Shown here in pieces: positions 29,790-40,015 of a stretch of 64,000 nt of DNA (its first letter is position 1; the number at the start of each line of letters is the position of its first letter). The notes below the pieces were generated by a model that saw nothing but the letters and a program-made list of their open reading frames with translations, did not search any database and was not told the DNA's origin. The translations under genes were made by a program, and so were the position numbers. This DNA is from Chitinophagales bacterium (GTDB lineage: Bacteria; Bacteroidota; Bacteroidia; Chitinophagales; Chitinophagaceae), in the NCBI GenBank assembly GCA_038328115.1, contig JBBQLS010000001.1, forward strand, positions 8,568 through 72,567, read 5' to 3'.

Positions 29790-29935
29790 TTTCTTCAATT
29801 TTATGCAAAGCTAACTACTCATTAAATATATTAACGCCGTAAAACCAAAAATTTTAGAGATTATAACATGAATTGGGCTTTAAGGTTCGATATTCGTTAT
29901 TTTTGCCGCTTTATAAACCGCTTCGAATTTTTTTT

Positions 29936-31951
29936 ATGCTTTTAGGATTACAGAATGTAACATTTGAATTTGGCGCCCGTACCATTGTGGAAGATGCTAC
30001 CTGGCATATACAACCCAATGAACGTATTGGCTTAATTGGCTATAATGGTACCGGAAAATCAACCCTACTTAAAGTATTAACCGGCCAGTACAGCCCTGCA
30101 AAAGGCACTGTGGAAAAAGGACGTGAAACTACCATTGGCTTTTTGCACCAGGATCTGCTGGGCTTTGATACCGAAGATTCAATTTTGGAAGTAGCCATGG
30201 GTGCTTTTGAAAGAGTGAAACAATTAGAAAAAGAATTGGAATTGTTAGGGCATGAGTTAGAAAGAACCGGCGACGAAAGCCTGGCCAATAAATATGCTGA
30301 TTTATTGCATGAGATGGAAGTTCTCGATGGCTACAGCATTCATCACCGCACCGAAGAAATTTTACAGGGACTTGGTTTTGCCAATGCCGACCTGGGAAAG
30401 CAATACAAAAATTTTAGTGGAGGCTGGCGCATGAGGGTGCTTTTAGCAAAAATGATTTTAATGAATCCTGATGTGCTGCTGATGGATGAGCCTACCAATC
30501 ACCTGGATTTACCAAGTATTGAATGGCTTGAAAAATATTTGATACACTATCCCGGAGCTGTTGTAATTGTATCGCATGACCGTTTCTTTTTAGACCGGAT
30601 GGTAAATAAAATTGTTGAACTTTACCAGAGGGAGTTACATTTTTATACCGGTAATTATTCTTATTACGAACAGGAAAAAGCCCTGCGTATTGATATGCAG
30701 CAAAAGGCTTACGAAAATCAACAGGATTACATACGGCAGAATGAACGGTTTGTGGAGCGCTTTAAAGCCAAGGCCAGCAAAGCTGCAGCAGCACAAAGTA
30801 TTGTTAAGCGCCTGGAAAAATTAGATCGTATTGAAAACGTAGAACTGGAGCGCCCCAACATGCGTATCAATTTTGCCATTGATAAAACACCGGGCAAAAT
30901 TGTTGCTACGCTGAAACATGTAAGCAAGAGTTTTGGTGCTACAAAAATATTGGAAGATACCGGTGCTGAAATTGACCGTGGCGATAAAATTGCATTGATT
31001 GGTGCCAATGGTAAAGGAAAATCTACTTTATTAAGAATTATTGCCGGTACCGAACCTTTTACAGGAGACCGTGAATGGGGACATAATGTAGAAGAATCTT
31101 TTTATGCCCAGCACCAGTTAGAGGCACTGAACCAGAATAATGATGTGCTGGAAGAATTGAAAGAAGCCCGGAGCGGAAAAAATGACCTGGAATTAAGAAG
31201 TTTACTGGGTGCCTTTTTATTTAGTGGCGAAGCCGTTGAAAAGAAAATTAAAGTATTAAGCGGAGGCGAAAAAGCCAGAGTAGCGTTGGCAAAAACAATT
31301 GCCAGCAAAGCGAATTTCCTAATGCTGGATGAACCTACCAACCATTTAGACATTCACTCGGTTGATTTATTGGTAGAATCTTTAAACAAGTATGAAGGCA
31401 CTATCGTACTGGTAAGTCACGACAGGTATTTCATCAGCCGTATTGCCAACAAAATTTGGGATATTGAAGACTATAAGATACGGGAGTTTAAAGGCACTTA
31501 TGCAGAATATGAAGATTGGAAAGAAAGAAAAGAAAAAGCAGATGCTGCCATATTAAAAGCAGAAGCAGCCAATGCACAGCGTCCTGCGGATAAACAATTG
31601 GCATCCGGCAATAAGCAACTGGCAAAGGAAGCTGTTGTCAAAACAGAACAGCCAAAATCTGTTACTCAGCCGGCAGTCAACAATCAAACCAGTAGTATTG
31701 ATAAAGAACTGAAAAGAGAATTGAACAAACAGAAAAACCTTTTTAAACAAGTTGAAGAGAAGATCGCTGAGCTTACTAAAAAGAAAGCGCAACTGGAACT
31801 TGACCTGGCATCGCCTGATGTGTATGGAGATAAAAATAAATTTCTACAAACGGAAGCAGCTTATAATAATGCAGTAAATGAATTGAAAAAGGCAAATACA
31901 GAATATGAAATTGTTTTTGAAAAGCTGATGGCACTGGAAGAAAAGATTTGA
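29936..31951 (+). CDS. ABC-F family ribosome-associated ATPase (Uup/YheS-like)
   Basis: Two ABC domains (GYNGTGKST / GANGKGKST, FSGGW / LSGGE, DEPTNHLD), no TM segments, C-terminal coiled coil. Confidence 0.95.
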   Translation: MLLGLQNVTFEFGARTIVEDATWHIQPNERIGLIGYNGTGKSTLLKVLTGQYSPAKGTVEKGRETTIGFLHQDLLGFDTEDSILEVAMGAFERVKQLEKELELLGHELERTGDESLANKYADLLHEMEVLDGYSIHHRTEEILQGLGFANADLGKQYKNFSGGWRMRVLLAKMILMNPDVLLMDEPTNHLDLPSIEWLEKYLIHYPGAVVIVSHDRFFLDRMVNKIVELYQRELHFYTGNYSYYEQEKALRIDMQQKAYENQQDYIRQNERFVERFKAKASKAAAAQSIVKRLEKLDRIENVELERPNMRINFAIDKTPGKIVATLKHVSKSFGATKILEDTGAEIDRGDKIALIGANGKGKSTLLRIIAGTEPFTGDREWGHNVEESFYAQHQLEALNQNNDVLEELKEARSGKNDLELRSLLGAFLFSGEAVEKKIKVLSGGEKARVALAKTIASKANFLMLDEPTNHLDIHSVDLLVESLNKYEGTIVLVSHDRYFISRIANKIWDIEDYKIREFKGTYAEYEDWKERKEKADAAILKAEAANAQRPADKQLASGNKQLAKEAVVKTEQPKSVTQPAVNNQTSSIDKELKRELNKQKNLFKQVEEKIAELTKKKAQLELDLASPDVYGDKNKFLQTEAAYNNAVNELKKANTEYEIVFEKLMALEEKI

Positions 31952-32159
31952 TTGAGAAGTCTTGTTGCCATTTAAAAATTTAATGCACTATAACATATAG
32001 AAATCCTCCAGCTACCTGGAGGGTTTTCTATTTGAGGTTTCGTTATTTTTTTCGCTATTTTTTTTCTATCGATTTGTGCATTTTTTCTTTTAAATGTTTG
32101 CCATAAAACAAAAATCCCTCCGATCACTCGGAGGGATTTTTTATCGTTTTAAGAAGCTA

Positions 32160-33512
32160 TTAATAGTTGCTCAAAGTCATTTCTACTCTTCTGTTTTCTG
32201 CACGTCCTTTAGCAGTATTATTATCAGCAACGGGTTTAGTTTCGCCATATCCCATAGAATTTAAGCGGCTTTCAGCAATTCCTTTGCTAACCAAATATGC
32301 TTTTACAGATGCGGCTCTTCTGTTACTAAGATCCAGGTTGTAATCATCTTTACCTTGTGAATCGGTATGACCATCAATCTGTACTTTAAAGCTTGGATTT
32401 TCGTTTAAGATAGTAACTACATCATTCAAACGCTTGTTAGACTGAGCTAATAATTTATCGCTTGCTGTTGCAAAGAATACATTCTTAGCAGCTAAGTTTA
32501 CACGCTTAATGATTTCTTCGCTGATTACAGGACAACCAAAGTTAGAAGCTGGTCCTTTTTCGTTGATACATTTATCTTCTTCATCGTTTACACCATCTCC
32601 ATCAGTATCAGGAATAGGGCAACCCTGATAACGTGCTAAACCTGGAACATCAGGACACTTATCAATTTCATCATTAATACCATCTTTATCCCTGTCAGGA
32701 ATAGGACATCCCTGGTAGCGTGCTAAACCTGGCACATCCGGGCATTTGTCTTCTGCATCAGTGATACCATCACCATCTCTATCCGGGCAACCTTGTAATG
32801 AAGCAAGACCTGCAACATCAGGACACTTATCATCAATATCCAGAACGCCATCGCCATCTCTGTCTTTTGGAGGCTCAACAACTGGTGGTGGTGGTGGAGG
32901 AACAACTTTTGGTTTTTCCTTTCCAATGTTTTGTGCAAAACCTACTGAATAAAACAGGTTGTCGCCTACAGCAGCCTTTTTAGTAGTTATATCCCACCTG
33001 TATTGAGCCTGAATAAACATATAAGTAAAGCTATTGAAGTTAACCTGAAGACCAAGACCTGCAGGAACATAAGCACCGAATTTGTCAGTGTAAAGACCAG
33101 CACCGATACCGGCAGTTAAGAAAGGGTTAAACAACGCCTTATCAGGAAAAAACCGAAAATTTAAAGTTGGTTCCAGTTCGGTTCCAAATTCGGTATTTTT
33201 TGCGTTACCAGTGCGTAGTTGATGATAGTCCCGGAAGCTACCATTCAATTTTACTGCAAGATCTAACCTTGAGGTAAGGCCTTTCCAGTATGACAAAGAA
33301 AATCCTTTGGTCATATCTCTAAAAGTACTGTAAACTTTTCCTGTAGATGGATCTTTAATACCCAAAGGAGCATTAAAATCCTGCAGGTTAAAATGTAAGC
33401 CGATAAGTGGCCCCTTTTTATCTCCATCTCCCATCTTCTTTTTAGATTTTTGAGAAAAAGCACTTGTGGCTAAAAGAGATAATGCCAGAATTAGTGTTAG
33501 TTTTTGTTTCAT
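32160..33512 (-). CDS. OmpA family protein with thrombospondin type-3 (Ca-binding) repeats
   Basis: N-terminal beta-barrel, Pro linker, DxDGDG..DKCP repeats, C-terminal OmpA domain (GHTDS, LSNRRA, NRRVE). Confidence 0.95.
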   Translation of the reverse strand: MKQKLTLILALSLLATSAFSQKSKKKMGDGDKKGPLIGLHFNLQDFNAPLGIKDPSTGKVYSTFRDMTKGFSLSYWKGLTSRLDLAVKLNGSFRDYHQLRTGNAKNTEFGTELEPTLNFRFFPDKALFNPFLTAGIGAGLYTDKFGAYVPAGLGLQVNFNSFTYMFIQAQYRWDITTKKAAVGDNLFYSVGFAQNIGKEKPKVVPPPPPPVVEPPKDRDGDGVLDIDDKCPDVAGLASLQGCPDRDGDGITDAEDKCPDVPGLARYQGCPIPDRDKDGINDEIDKCPDVPGLARYQGCPIPDTDGDGVNDEEDKCINEKGPASNFGCPVISEEIIKRVNLAAKNVFFATASDKLLAQSNKRLNDVVTILNENPSFKVQIDGHTDSQGKDDYNLDLSNRRAASVKAYLVSKGIAESRLNSMGYGETKPVADNNTAKGRAENRRVEMTLSNY

Positions 33513-33626
33513 AAACTTTAATTTTATTAAAATTTTTTTGTCTGAGTTATGTGCAAATATAATGTTAAATTAATGGAAAGGCAAAATTTGCAACTATTTT
33601 TATTATTTATGCTAAAATAGTTAAAA

Positions 33627-35033
33627 TCAAACCTTTACCAATTTCCATCTACCCTTCCTGAATATTATAATACTTACGAATGCCAGAGCCGATTCTGCAA
33701 CTCCGATAGCAATATAAACACCGGTTGGGCCCATCCTTAGAAATTTTGCTAACAACCAGGCTAAAGGAATCTGTAATAGCCAAAAAATAAAAAGATTTAT
33801 GTAGGTTGGTGTCCTTGTATCCCCTGCTCCATTAAAAGCCTGGCTTATAATCATTCCATAGGCAAAGAAAACGTAGCCGATTGCCAATATGTGCAGGCAT
33901 TCGGTACCGGCAAGCACGGCTTCTTTATCCTGGGTAAAAAACCGCATCAGGTTGGCTCCAAATACAAAAAATACTACGGCAACAATGGCAAAAAAGCAAA
34001 AAGCGATAAATGCTGTTCTCCACACCGATTTTTCGGCCCTGTCGGGCTGATTCGCACCAAGGTTTTGTCCCACCAGTGTTGCAGCAGCATTGGCAAGTCC
34101 CCAGGCGGGTAAAATGGTAAAAATGCAAATTCTGATTGCAGTACCATAACCAGAAACCGCAGCAGTACCCGATTCTGCAATGATCCTGGCTAAAAATATC
34201 CAGCTACAACTGCCAATAATGAACTGAAACATACCGCCGGCAGAGGTTTTGAGGATACTCCGCATTAGTTTTATCTTCACCACAAATTGATTGGCTGCAA
34301 GCTTAATCAATGATTTGCCATTGAATAAATAATAAAACTGAAGCAACACTGCTATGGACCTTCCGGTAGTTGTTGCTACCGCTGCGCCGATAACACCCAT
34401 TTTTGAAAAAGGTCCAATACCCAATATCAGCAAAGGATCCAGCACAATATTGATAACATTTGCAAGTAGCAGCACACGCATTGCAATAGATGCATTGCCT
34501 GCTCCACGAAAAATGGCATTATTTATAAAAAGCAACATGATAACTATATTCCCCGTTAACATAATTTGCGTAAACAGATAATTTTCCTGTGCAACTTTAG
34601 CCGATGCGCCCATCATGCTCAGTATCTCCCTGGGGAAAATAAATCCAATTACACTTATAATTAAAGACAAAAATAAACCCAGCAAAATAGCCTGTGCCGC
34701 AATATCAGAAGCTTCCTTAAAGTGCTTTTCTCCTACACGACGGGCTACCAATGCTGTGATACCAATGGAAAGCCCCCAGGCAACTGAATATAAAATGGTA
34801 AGTGATGCCTCGGTAAGCACCACGGTTGAGGAGGCTTCAACCCCAACCTTATTAACAAAATAAATATCAACAACAGCAAACAACGCTTCCAGCATCATTT
34901 CCAGAATCATGGGTATTGCCAATAAAAAAATAGCCCGGTTAATACTACCGGTAGTAAAATCATTAATATCGCCGGTTACGGCCTGTTTAAATAATGTAAA
35001 ATAAGTGTGAATTTTTTGTATTGAATTTGCCAT
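33627..35033 (-). CDS. MATE family efflux transporter
   Basis: ~12 TM; LAIPMILEM, FRGAG, NIVLDPLLI, GQNLGA, FNGAGDTRTP. Confidence 0.93.
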   Translation of the reverse strand: MANSIQKIHTYFTLFKQAVTGDINDFTTGSINRAIFLLAIPMILEMMLEALFAVVDIYFVNKVGVEASSTVVLTEASLTILYSVAWGLSIGITALVARRVGEKHFKEASDIAAQAILLGLFLSLIISVIGFIFPREILSMMGASAKVAQENYLFTQIMLTGNIVIMLLFINNAIFRGAGNASIAMRVLLLANVINIVLDPLLILGIGPFSKMGVIGAAVATTTGRSIAVLLQFYYLFNGKSLIKLAANQFVVKIKLMRSILKTSAGGMFQFIIGSCSWIFLARIIAESGTAAVSGYGTAIRICIFTILPAWGLANAAATLVGQNLGANQPDRAEKSVWRTAFIAFCFFAIVAVVFFVFGANLMRFFTQDKEAVLAGTECLHILAIGYVFFAYGMIISQAFNGAGDTRTPTYINLFIFWLLQIPLAWLLAKFLRMGPTGVYIAIGVAESALAFVSIIIFRKGRWKLVKV

Positions 35034-35126
35034 GGTGGTAAAAAAAATAATGTATAAGAAAATAGTTAAGACGCAACGCAGTATTGCATTACTGACACTT
35101 GCAGGCTAAGGAAGCAGAAACTTTCC

Positions 35127-35147
35127 TTAGATGATAAAATACTTCAT
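35127..35147 (-). CDS. Leader uORF MKYFII* upstream of the MATE gene
   Basis: Minus strand ATG AAG TAT TTT ATC ATC TAA; the stop codon lies in the 5' arm of a CTAAGGAA..TTCCTTAG hairpin. Confidence 0.5.
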   Translation of the reverse strand: MKYFII

Positions 35148-35253
35148 AGCAGTAGATTGTAGTGGTAAAAATAGAAAAAAATATTTTTCAAAAAGCAATT
35201 CATGTTTTATTTACAGATTTTTTTGTGAAAAGCCTATATTTGCAGCCGATTTT

Positions 35254-35327
<74 letters not shown>

Positions 35328-35335
35328 CATTTGAA

Positions 35336-35359
35336 AAGCCTGTTAAACAGGTTTTTTTT
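35336..35359 (+). terminator. Terminator after tRNA-Arg
   Basis: GCCTGT-TAA-ACAGGT followed by a T-run. Confidence 0.65.
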
Positions 35360-35364
35360 ATTTT

Positions 35365-35615
35365 ATGCAAGCCTGGATATAAATATTGTATAGTAAGAAA
35401 CTTATAAATATTATGTTGGTTCTACAACAGAATTAGACAGGCGATTTGCAGAACATAACAGAGGTAAAGAAAAATTTACAAAAACCGGAATTCCATGGTT
35501 ATTGGTTTATTCAGAGATTTTTGAAGAATTGAAACAGGCAAGGCAAAGAGAGATTTACATTAAGAAAATGAAAAGTAAAATATTTATTGAGAAATTAATA
35601 CGCTCATCTGGATAG
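35365..35615 (+). pseudogene. Stand-alone GIY-YIG nuclease (YazA/UPF0213-like), disrupted
   Basis: MQAWI*ILYSKKL / KYYVGSTTELDRRFAEHNRGKEKFTKTGIPWLLVYSEIFEELKQARQREIYIKKMKSKIFIEKLIRSSG*. In-frame TAA at 35380-35382 and a 1-nt frameshift near 35404. Confidence 0.88.
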
Positions 35616-35670
35616 TGCATCCCGATTTGTAATCGGGAGGGTCATTGGTTCGAATCCAATCCGAGTCACA
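35602..35670 (+). repeat. 5'-truncated tRNA-Arg copy with the anticodon arm replaced by a palindrome
   Basis: D-arm GCTCATCTGGATAGTGC (2 mismatches to the tRNA), TCCCGAT-TTGTA-ATCGGGA, then a 34-bp exact direct repeat (35637-35670 = 35296-35329). Confidence 0.9.
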
Positions 35671-35726
35671 AACAAAAAAAGTCGCTTATTGGCGGCTCTT
35701 TTTTATTTTTATAAAAATTTTACCGC

Positions 35727-36410
35727 ATGGAAGTAAGAATGGAAGCTTCATGGAAGGAAGTGCTGAAAAATGAATTCAGCAAACCTTACTTTCAGCAGAT
35801 CGTTACCTTTTTAAAAACCGAAAAAGCAGCAGGCAAAATTATTTACCCACCAGGCCCATTAATATTTAATGCGTTTAATCAAACACCTTTCACCAAAGTT
35901 AAAGTGGTAATTCTGGGCCAGGATCCCTACCATGGCGAGGGCCAGGCACATGGTTTAAGCTTTTCAGTTCAAAACGGTATTAAGCCGCCACCATCGCTGA
36001 TTAATATTTTTAAAGAAATTCAGCATGATATTGGTGTTGCCATGCCGGTTGCATATGGTAATCTTACACGCTGGGCGGAACAGGGTGTATTGTTGCTGAA
36101 TGCAGCCTTAACGGTAAGAGCCAATGAACCTTTCAGCCATGCTAAATTTGGCTGGGCCACATTTACTGATGCGGTTATTCAAAAAATATCCGATGAAAAA
36201 AAAGGCGTTGTTTTTTTACTTTGGGGTAAGTTTGCGCAGGAAAAACAAATATTAATCGACGAAACCAGGCATTTTGTTTTAAAAGCGGCTCATCCATCTC
36301 CACTTTCTGCACATGCAGGATTTTTTGGTTGCAAACATTTTTCAAAAACAAATGAAATTTTAACCAAGCATGGTATAGAACCGATAGACTGGAAATTATT
36401 AACCCCATAG
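35727..36410 (+). CDS. ung: Uracil-DNA glycosylase
   Basis: GQDPYH, PPSL, GVLLLN, HPSPLSA. Confidence 0.98.
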   Translation: MEVRMEASWKEVLKNEFSKPYFQQIVTFLKTEKAAGKIIYPPGPLIFNAFNQTPFTKVKVVILGQDPYHGEGQAHGLSFSVQNGIKPPPSLINIFKEIQHDIGVAMPVAYGNLTRWAEQGVLLLNAALTVRANEPFSHAKFGWATFTDAVIQKISDEKKGVVFLLWGKFAQEKQILIDETRHFVLKAAHPSPLSAHAGFFGCKHFSKTNEILTKHGIEPIDWKLLTP

Positions 36411-36425
36411 AAAAGAAAAACCGTC

Positions 36426-37160
36426 ATGCGAATTGGAAAAAATATCTTTGGCAGAATCTGGGCTTTGTGGGGATTAATTACTTTTTTAATTACGTTCCTA
36501 ATCATTTTTATTCCTTCCATGCTTTCGCATTTGATGAAAGAACAAAGGGGACAAAAATATTTTATTGCCGTTTCAAAAATCTGGATGAATGTATGGCTGT
36601 TTTTAATTGGCTGCCCGGTTAAGGTAACCGGAAAAGAAAATTTTAAACCAGGCGAAGCATATATCGTGGTTTTCAATCACAATGCTTTATTAGATGTGCC
36701 TCTATCGGCACCGTTTGTGCCCGGAGCAAATAAAACGATTGCAAAAGCATCCTTTGCAAAAATCCCCGTGTTTGGTTGGTTTTATTCAAGGGGTTCTGTT
36801 TTGGTTGACAGAAACAACGACCGCAGCCGCCGTAAGAGTTTCGACGCCATGAAAAGAGTGTTGGCAAAAGGCATGCACATGTGTATTTATCCCGAGGGAA
36901 CCCGCAACCGCTCAAAAGAACCCATAAAGTCTTTTTACGATGGCGCTTTCAAGCTTGCAATAGCAACTAAAAAAGAAATTATGCCCTGTGTAATTTCCGG
37001 TACTAAAAATGCTATGCCCATCAATCTAAAATTTTTCCTGCTTCCGGTAAAATTAAAAATGCAATTTCTTACGCCCGAAACTCCGGCAAATAAAACAGTA
37101 ACTGAATTAAAGGAAAAAGTGCATAGTGAAATGCTGAAAGTTTATATGCAACCGGGTTAG
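36426..37160 (+). CDS. Lysophospholipid acyltransferase (PlsC family)
   Basis: NHNALLD (HX4D), VDR, YPEGTR. Confidence 0.92.
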   Translation: MRIGKNIFGRIWALWGLITFLITFLIIFIPSMLSHLMKEQRGQKYFIAVSKIWMNVWLFLIGCPVKVTGKENFKPGEAYIVVFNHNALLDVPLSAPFVPGANKTIAKASFAKIPVFGWFYSRGSVLVDRNNDRSRRKSFDAMKRVLAKGMHMCIYPEGTRNRSKEPIKSFYDGAFKLAIATKKEIMPCVISGTKNAMPINLKFFLLPVKLKMQFLTPETPANKTVTELKEKVHSEMLKVYMQPG

Positions 37161-37226
37161 GGATTGGGAATTAGAAGCAGCTCGCAAATTTAACAGGTAA
37201 TTACAAATTCCCAATTACTCTAAAAA

Positions 37227-39929
37227 TTACAACCCGTAAAAATACCTGGTGCGGTTTATTTTCAAATCCCGTAGTAAACCCGATTTAGGGCTGATATTGA
37301 TACTAAACGAGCGGTTAAGTTTAGTGTACTGCATATTTATAGCCATTTGCCAGCAATGCATCTCCCGTGAAAGATACATACTTATCATACCCAGATCTTT
37401 CAATGTAATATTGTAAGATCCGTTTAAACCAATCTGCCACCTGGTTGTAAGGTTTAAAGTGCCCGACCAGTTTATATTTTGTGTAAACGTTTTTACATAC
37501 CCTGTACCAAAACCATTAGCAGCACGCTGGTAGTTTAGTGCATATTGAATACTTATACTCCATGGAATATTGAAATTGGCAAACTCACCGGGATTGTTTC
37601 TTATGTAAGCAGCTTCCTGCTGGTATTCATCAAGCGGCATGCCCGAAACAGTATTAGTCAGATTGTTTTGCTGCAGATTAGTAACCGGCAGTCTTTCCTT
37701 CTTATCTCCCCCTTTAAAAGTGCCTTGCAGGGCTATATTACCACTTGTAATTTTACCCAGCGCCACTTTTTTAGTCCAAATATATTTGTTTATAAAATCG
37801 CCCTTATAATCTGTTAAGTATGGCATCACAACCGCCCCGGCTGATAAGCTGATTTTTTCAAAAAGATTGGTTCTCAGGTCAATCCTGAACGGACTTAATT
37901 TAAAGGAATCACCTAAAAAATTATATGACCCGTTAATGCTTAACCCATCTAACAGTGTTATTTTTTTAACCGCATCGGCGGTGGTATCTTTTTTATTGCG
38001 CACTTTCATTTGCAGCACATTATCAATACCAAAATTTAAACCCCCAAACCGCCCCTGACCAAAAGCACCGAAAACGCTGCGTTGATAATAAGAATAGGAT
38101 GATTTGGTACCAAAAGTATCAATTTGAGTTGTGTAATAGCTTTTACTGTTCATATCCGGCGTATATGCAACCGAAATATTTGGCCTTATCTCGTGCCTGA
38201 TGGCTTGTACCAGGCTTTTCTTTTTAAACGTGTACATACCAAAAATGCGGGTACCAATGTTCAGCCCAAAGTTCATGGCCCTTGCAGTATAAAACCCTTT
38301 GCTGATGCTGGTATCCAGTTTCCTTGTATTATTGTTCCACCTAAGTAAAAATTTTTCCTGGTACCATTTTTCCTGATAGCTCACACTGGGTGCAATTTGA
38401 AAATTACCTACCGGCGGTAAGGATAATGTGAGTGGCACATTATGCTGGGCACCCCATTGATAATTTTTTGCAAACTCACCAAAGAAGTTGCCCAGCGTAT
38501 CGTAAAAAGTTGATAAACTCCGCACATTTGTATTCAGTGCAATGCCCAGGTTCTCGTACCATTTGTATGCTCCTATCACTTCCTTACGCCTGAAAGGATA
38601 TAGCGTGTTTACATTAAACCCAATGTCGGGTAAATTAATATTCCATGCTTTGGTATTGGTATTCTGATTGTGATTGGCGCTTATATTTAAATTAAAAGGC
38701 CTGTCTTTCCATACCTTGGAATAGGTAATGGAAGAGTTTAACTGGTTTTGAAAATTGCGTTGCGCATTATTGGGTATGGAGGAAGTGTAGCCACTGCTGC
38801 CCACGTTTACATTGGCACTAAAACTTACACCAGGCCTGGCTTTTGTATCTGAGCTATGCGACCAGGTTAGATTGTAATTCCGGGCACCCGATTTATCCAG
38901 ATCTCTGGTATGAATAACGTTGAATGCCATATTTCCCTGGTAGTGGTAACGCCGGTAATAACGTGGCCTCAAACTGGCCGTCCAGCCACCATACGAATAA
39001 ATAGTACCTTGGGTTATCAGGTCCCAGCGGTCATTTATTACTTTATAATAACCCAACCCTTCCAATGCAAGGCCCAATTGTTCGTTGGCAGTAAAAGTAG
39101 GTGCCAGTATGCCCGAGTGTCTGCCTTTTTGCAAAGGGAAAATACCAAAGGGAAGATAAATTGGTATAGGCACACCCTCAAACTCTGGATGAACAGGCCC
39201 GGTGATAGCCATTTTTTTATTAATGAATTTAAATTTTTTACTAACAAAAGCAAAGTGTGGTGTATCTAAGTTGCAGGTGGTAAACTGCCCACGGTAACCA
39301 TAAAAAATATCCGGACTAACTTTTTTTATTTTTTCGGCATGAAAATAAATTTCGCCCTGCTGGGTGTAGGTGCTTTTGGTGATGCCCTTTAACGTTTTCA
39401 TGTTAAAGGTAATGGAATCACTTTTTGTTTTAAAGTCGGACTGGTTAAATGTAGGAGACGAAATTACATTTCCATTGCTGTCTCTCACAAGATAAGCACT
39501 TACTAAGCTGGTACGTTGGTCAAATTCTATCCGGGGCGCATACAATTCGTTGTCGGTGTATTTTACGTTGGATCCTTTACCATATAAAATTATTTTTTTG
39601 GCGGGTATGTCCATCACCATCGAATCATCGGCATGATAAACAACCGGTGCATCCAACGCATCTTTGGACGGTTTAAAAATAAGTGTGTCTATCTTTTGTA
39701 CAATATTTGTATCGGCAATTTTTTTTGAAGAAGAAAGCGGAGCTGGAGCATTGCTCTTTAATTTCTGCGAATCTTTTTTATTTAACGGAAGGGTATCAAC
39801 AGTTAAATAACTGTGAAAGTACGTTGTATGAAAACCACTGGCACTGCAATACAGCGTTATAGCAAATAACAGCGGTACCAATACCAAAACCAATATATTT
39901 TTTGCCTTACCTTTGTTCAGTCGGTTCAT
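37227..39929 (-). CDS. lptD: Putative LPS-assembly protein LptD (Bacteroidota type)
   Basis: beta-jellyroll N-terminus, FTTCNL..PHF, large barrel, REMHCWQM, LLRDLK; divergent from the amidase-mlaD genes. Confidence 0.82.
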   Translation of the reverse strand: MNRLNKGKAKNILVLVLVPLLFAITLYCSASGFHTTYFHSYLTVDTLPLNKKDSQKLKSNAPAPLSSSKKIADTNIVQKIDTLIFKPSKDALDAPVVYHADDSMVMDIPAKKIILYGKGSNVKYTDNELYAPRIEFDQRTSLVSAYLVRDSNGNVISSPTFNQSDFKTKSDSITFNMKTLKGITKSTYTQQGEIYFHAEKIKKVSPDIFYGYRGQFTTCNLDTPHFAFVSKKFKFINKKMAITGPVHPEFEGVPIPIYLPFGIFPLQKGRHSGILAPTFTANEQLGLALEGLGYYKVINDRWDLITQGTIYSYGGWTASLRPRYYRRYHYQGNMAFNVIHTRDLDKSGARNYNLTWSHSSDTKARPGVSFSANVNVGSSGYTSSIPNNAQRNFQNQLNSSITYSKVWKDRPFNLNISANHNQNTNTKAWNINLPDIGFNVNTLYPFRRKEVIGAYKWYENLGIALNTNVRSLSTFYDTLGNFFGEFAKNYQWGAQHNVPLTLSLPPVGNFQIAPSVSYQEKWYQEKFLLRWNNNTRKLDTSISKGFYTARAMNFGLNIGTRIFGMYTFKKKSLVQAIRHEIRPNISVAYTPDMNSKSYYTTQIDTFGTKSSYSYYQRSVFGAFGQGRFGGLNFGIDNVLQMKVRNKKDTTADAVKKITLLDGLSINGSYNFLGDSFKLSPFRIDLRTNLFEKISLSAGAVVMPYLTDYKGDFINKYIWTKKVALGKITSGNIALQGTFKGGDKKERLPVTNLQQNNLTNTVSGMPLDEYQQEAAYIRNNPGEFANFNIPWSISIQYALNYQRAANGFGTGYVKTFTQNINWSGTLNLTTRWQIGLNGSYNITLKDLGMISMYLSREMHCWQMAINMQYTKLNRSFSINISPKSGLLRDLKINRTRYFYGL

Positions 39930-40015
39930 ACTTAAGATTGGCAAAAATAGACATAATACCGAACGAATTTGTGAATAATTGATTAATTACTAACCCCGGA
40001 TAAAACGAGTAGAAT

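Noticed and set aside
32560-32870. Near-tandem DNA repeats in ompA
   Set aside because: They encode thrombospondin type-3 DxDGDG..DKCP repeats, which are normal for Bacteroidota OmpA proteins. This is not a CRISPR array or mobile repeat.
35602-35670. Second functional tRNA gene (Thr-TGT)
   Set aside because: There is no 5' acceptor strand complementary to CCGAGTC and the D-stem has a mismatch, so it cannot form a full cloverleaf.
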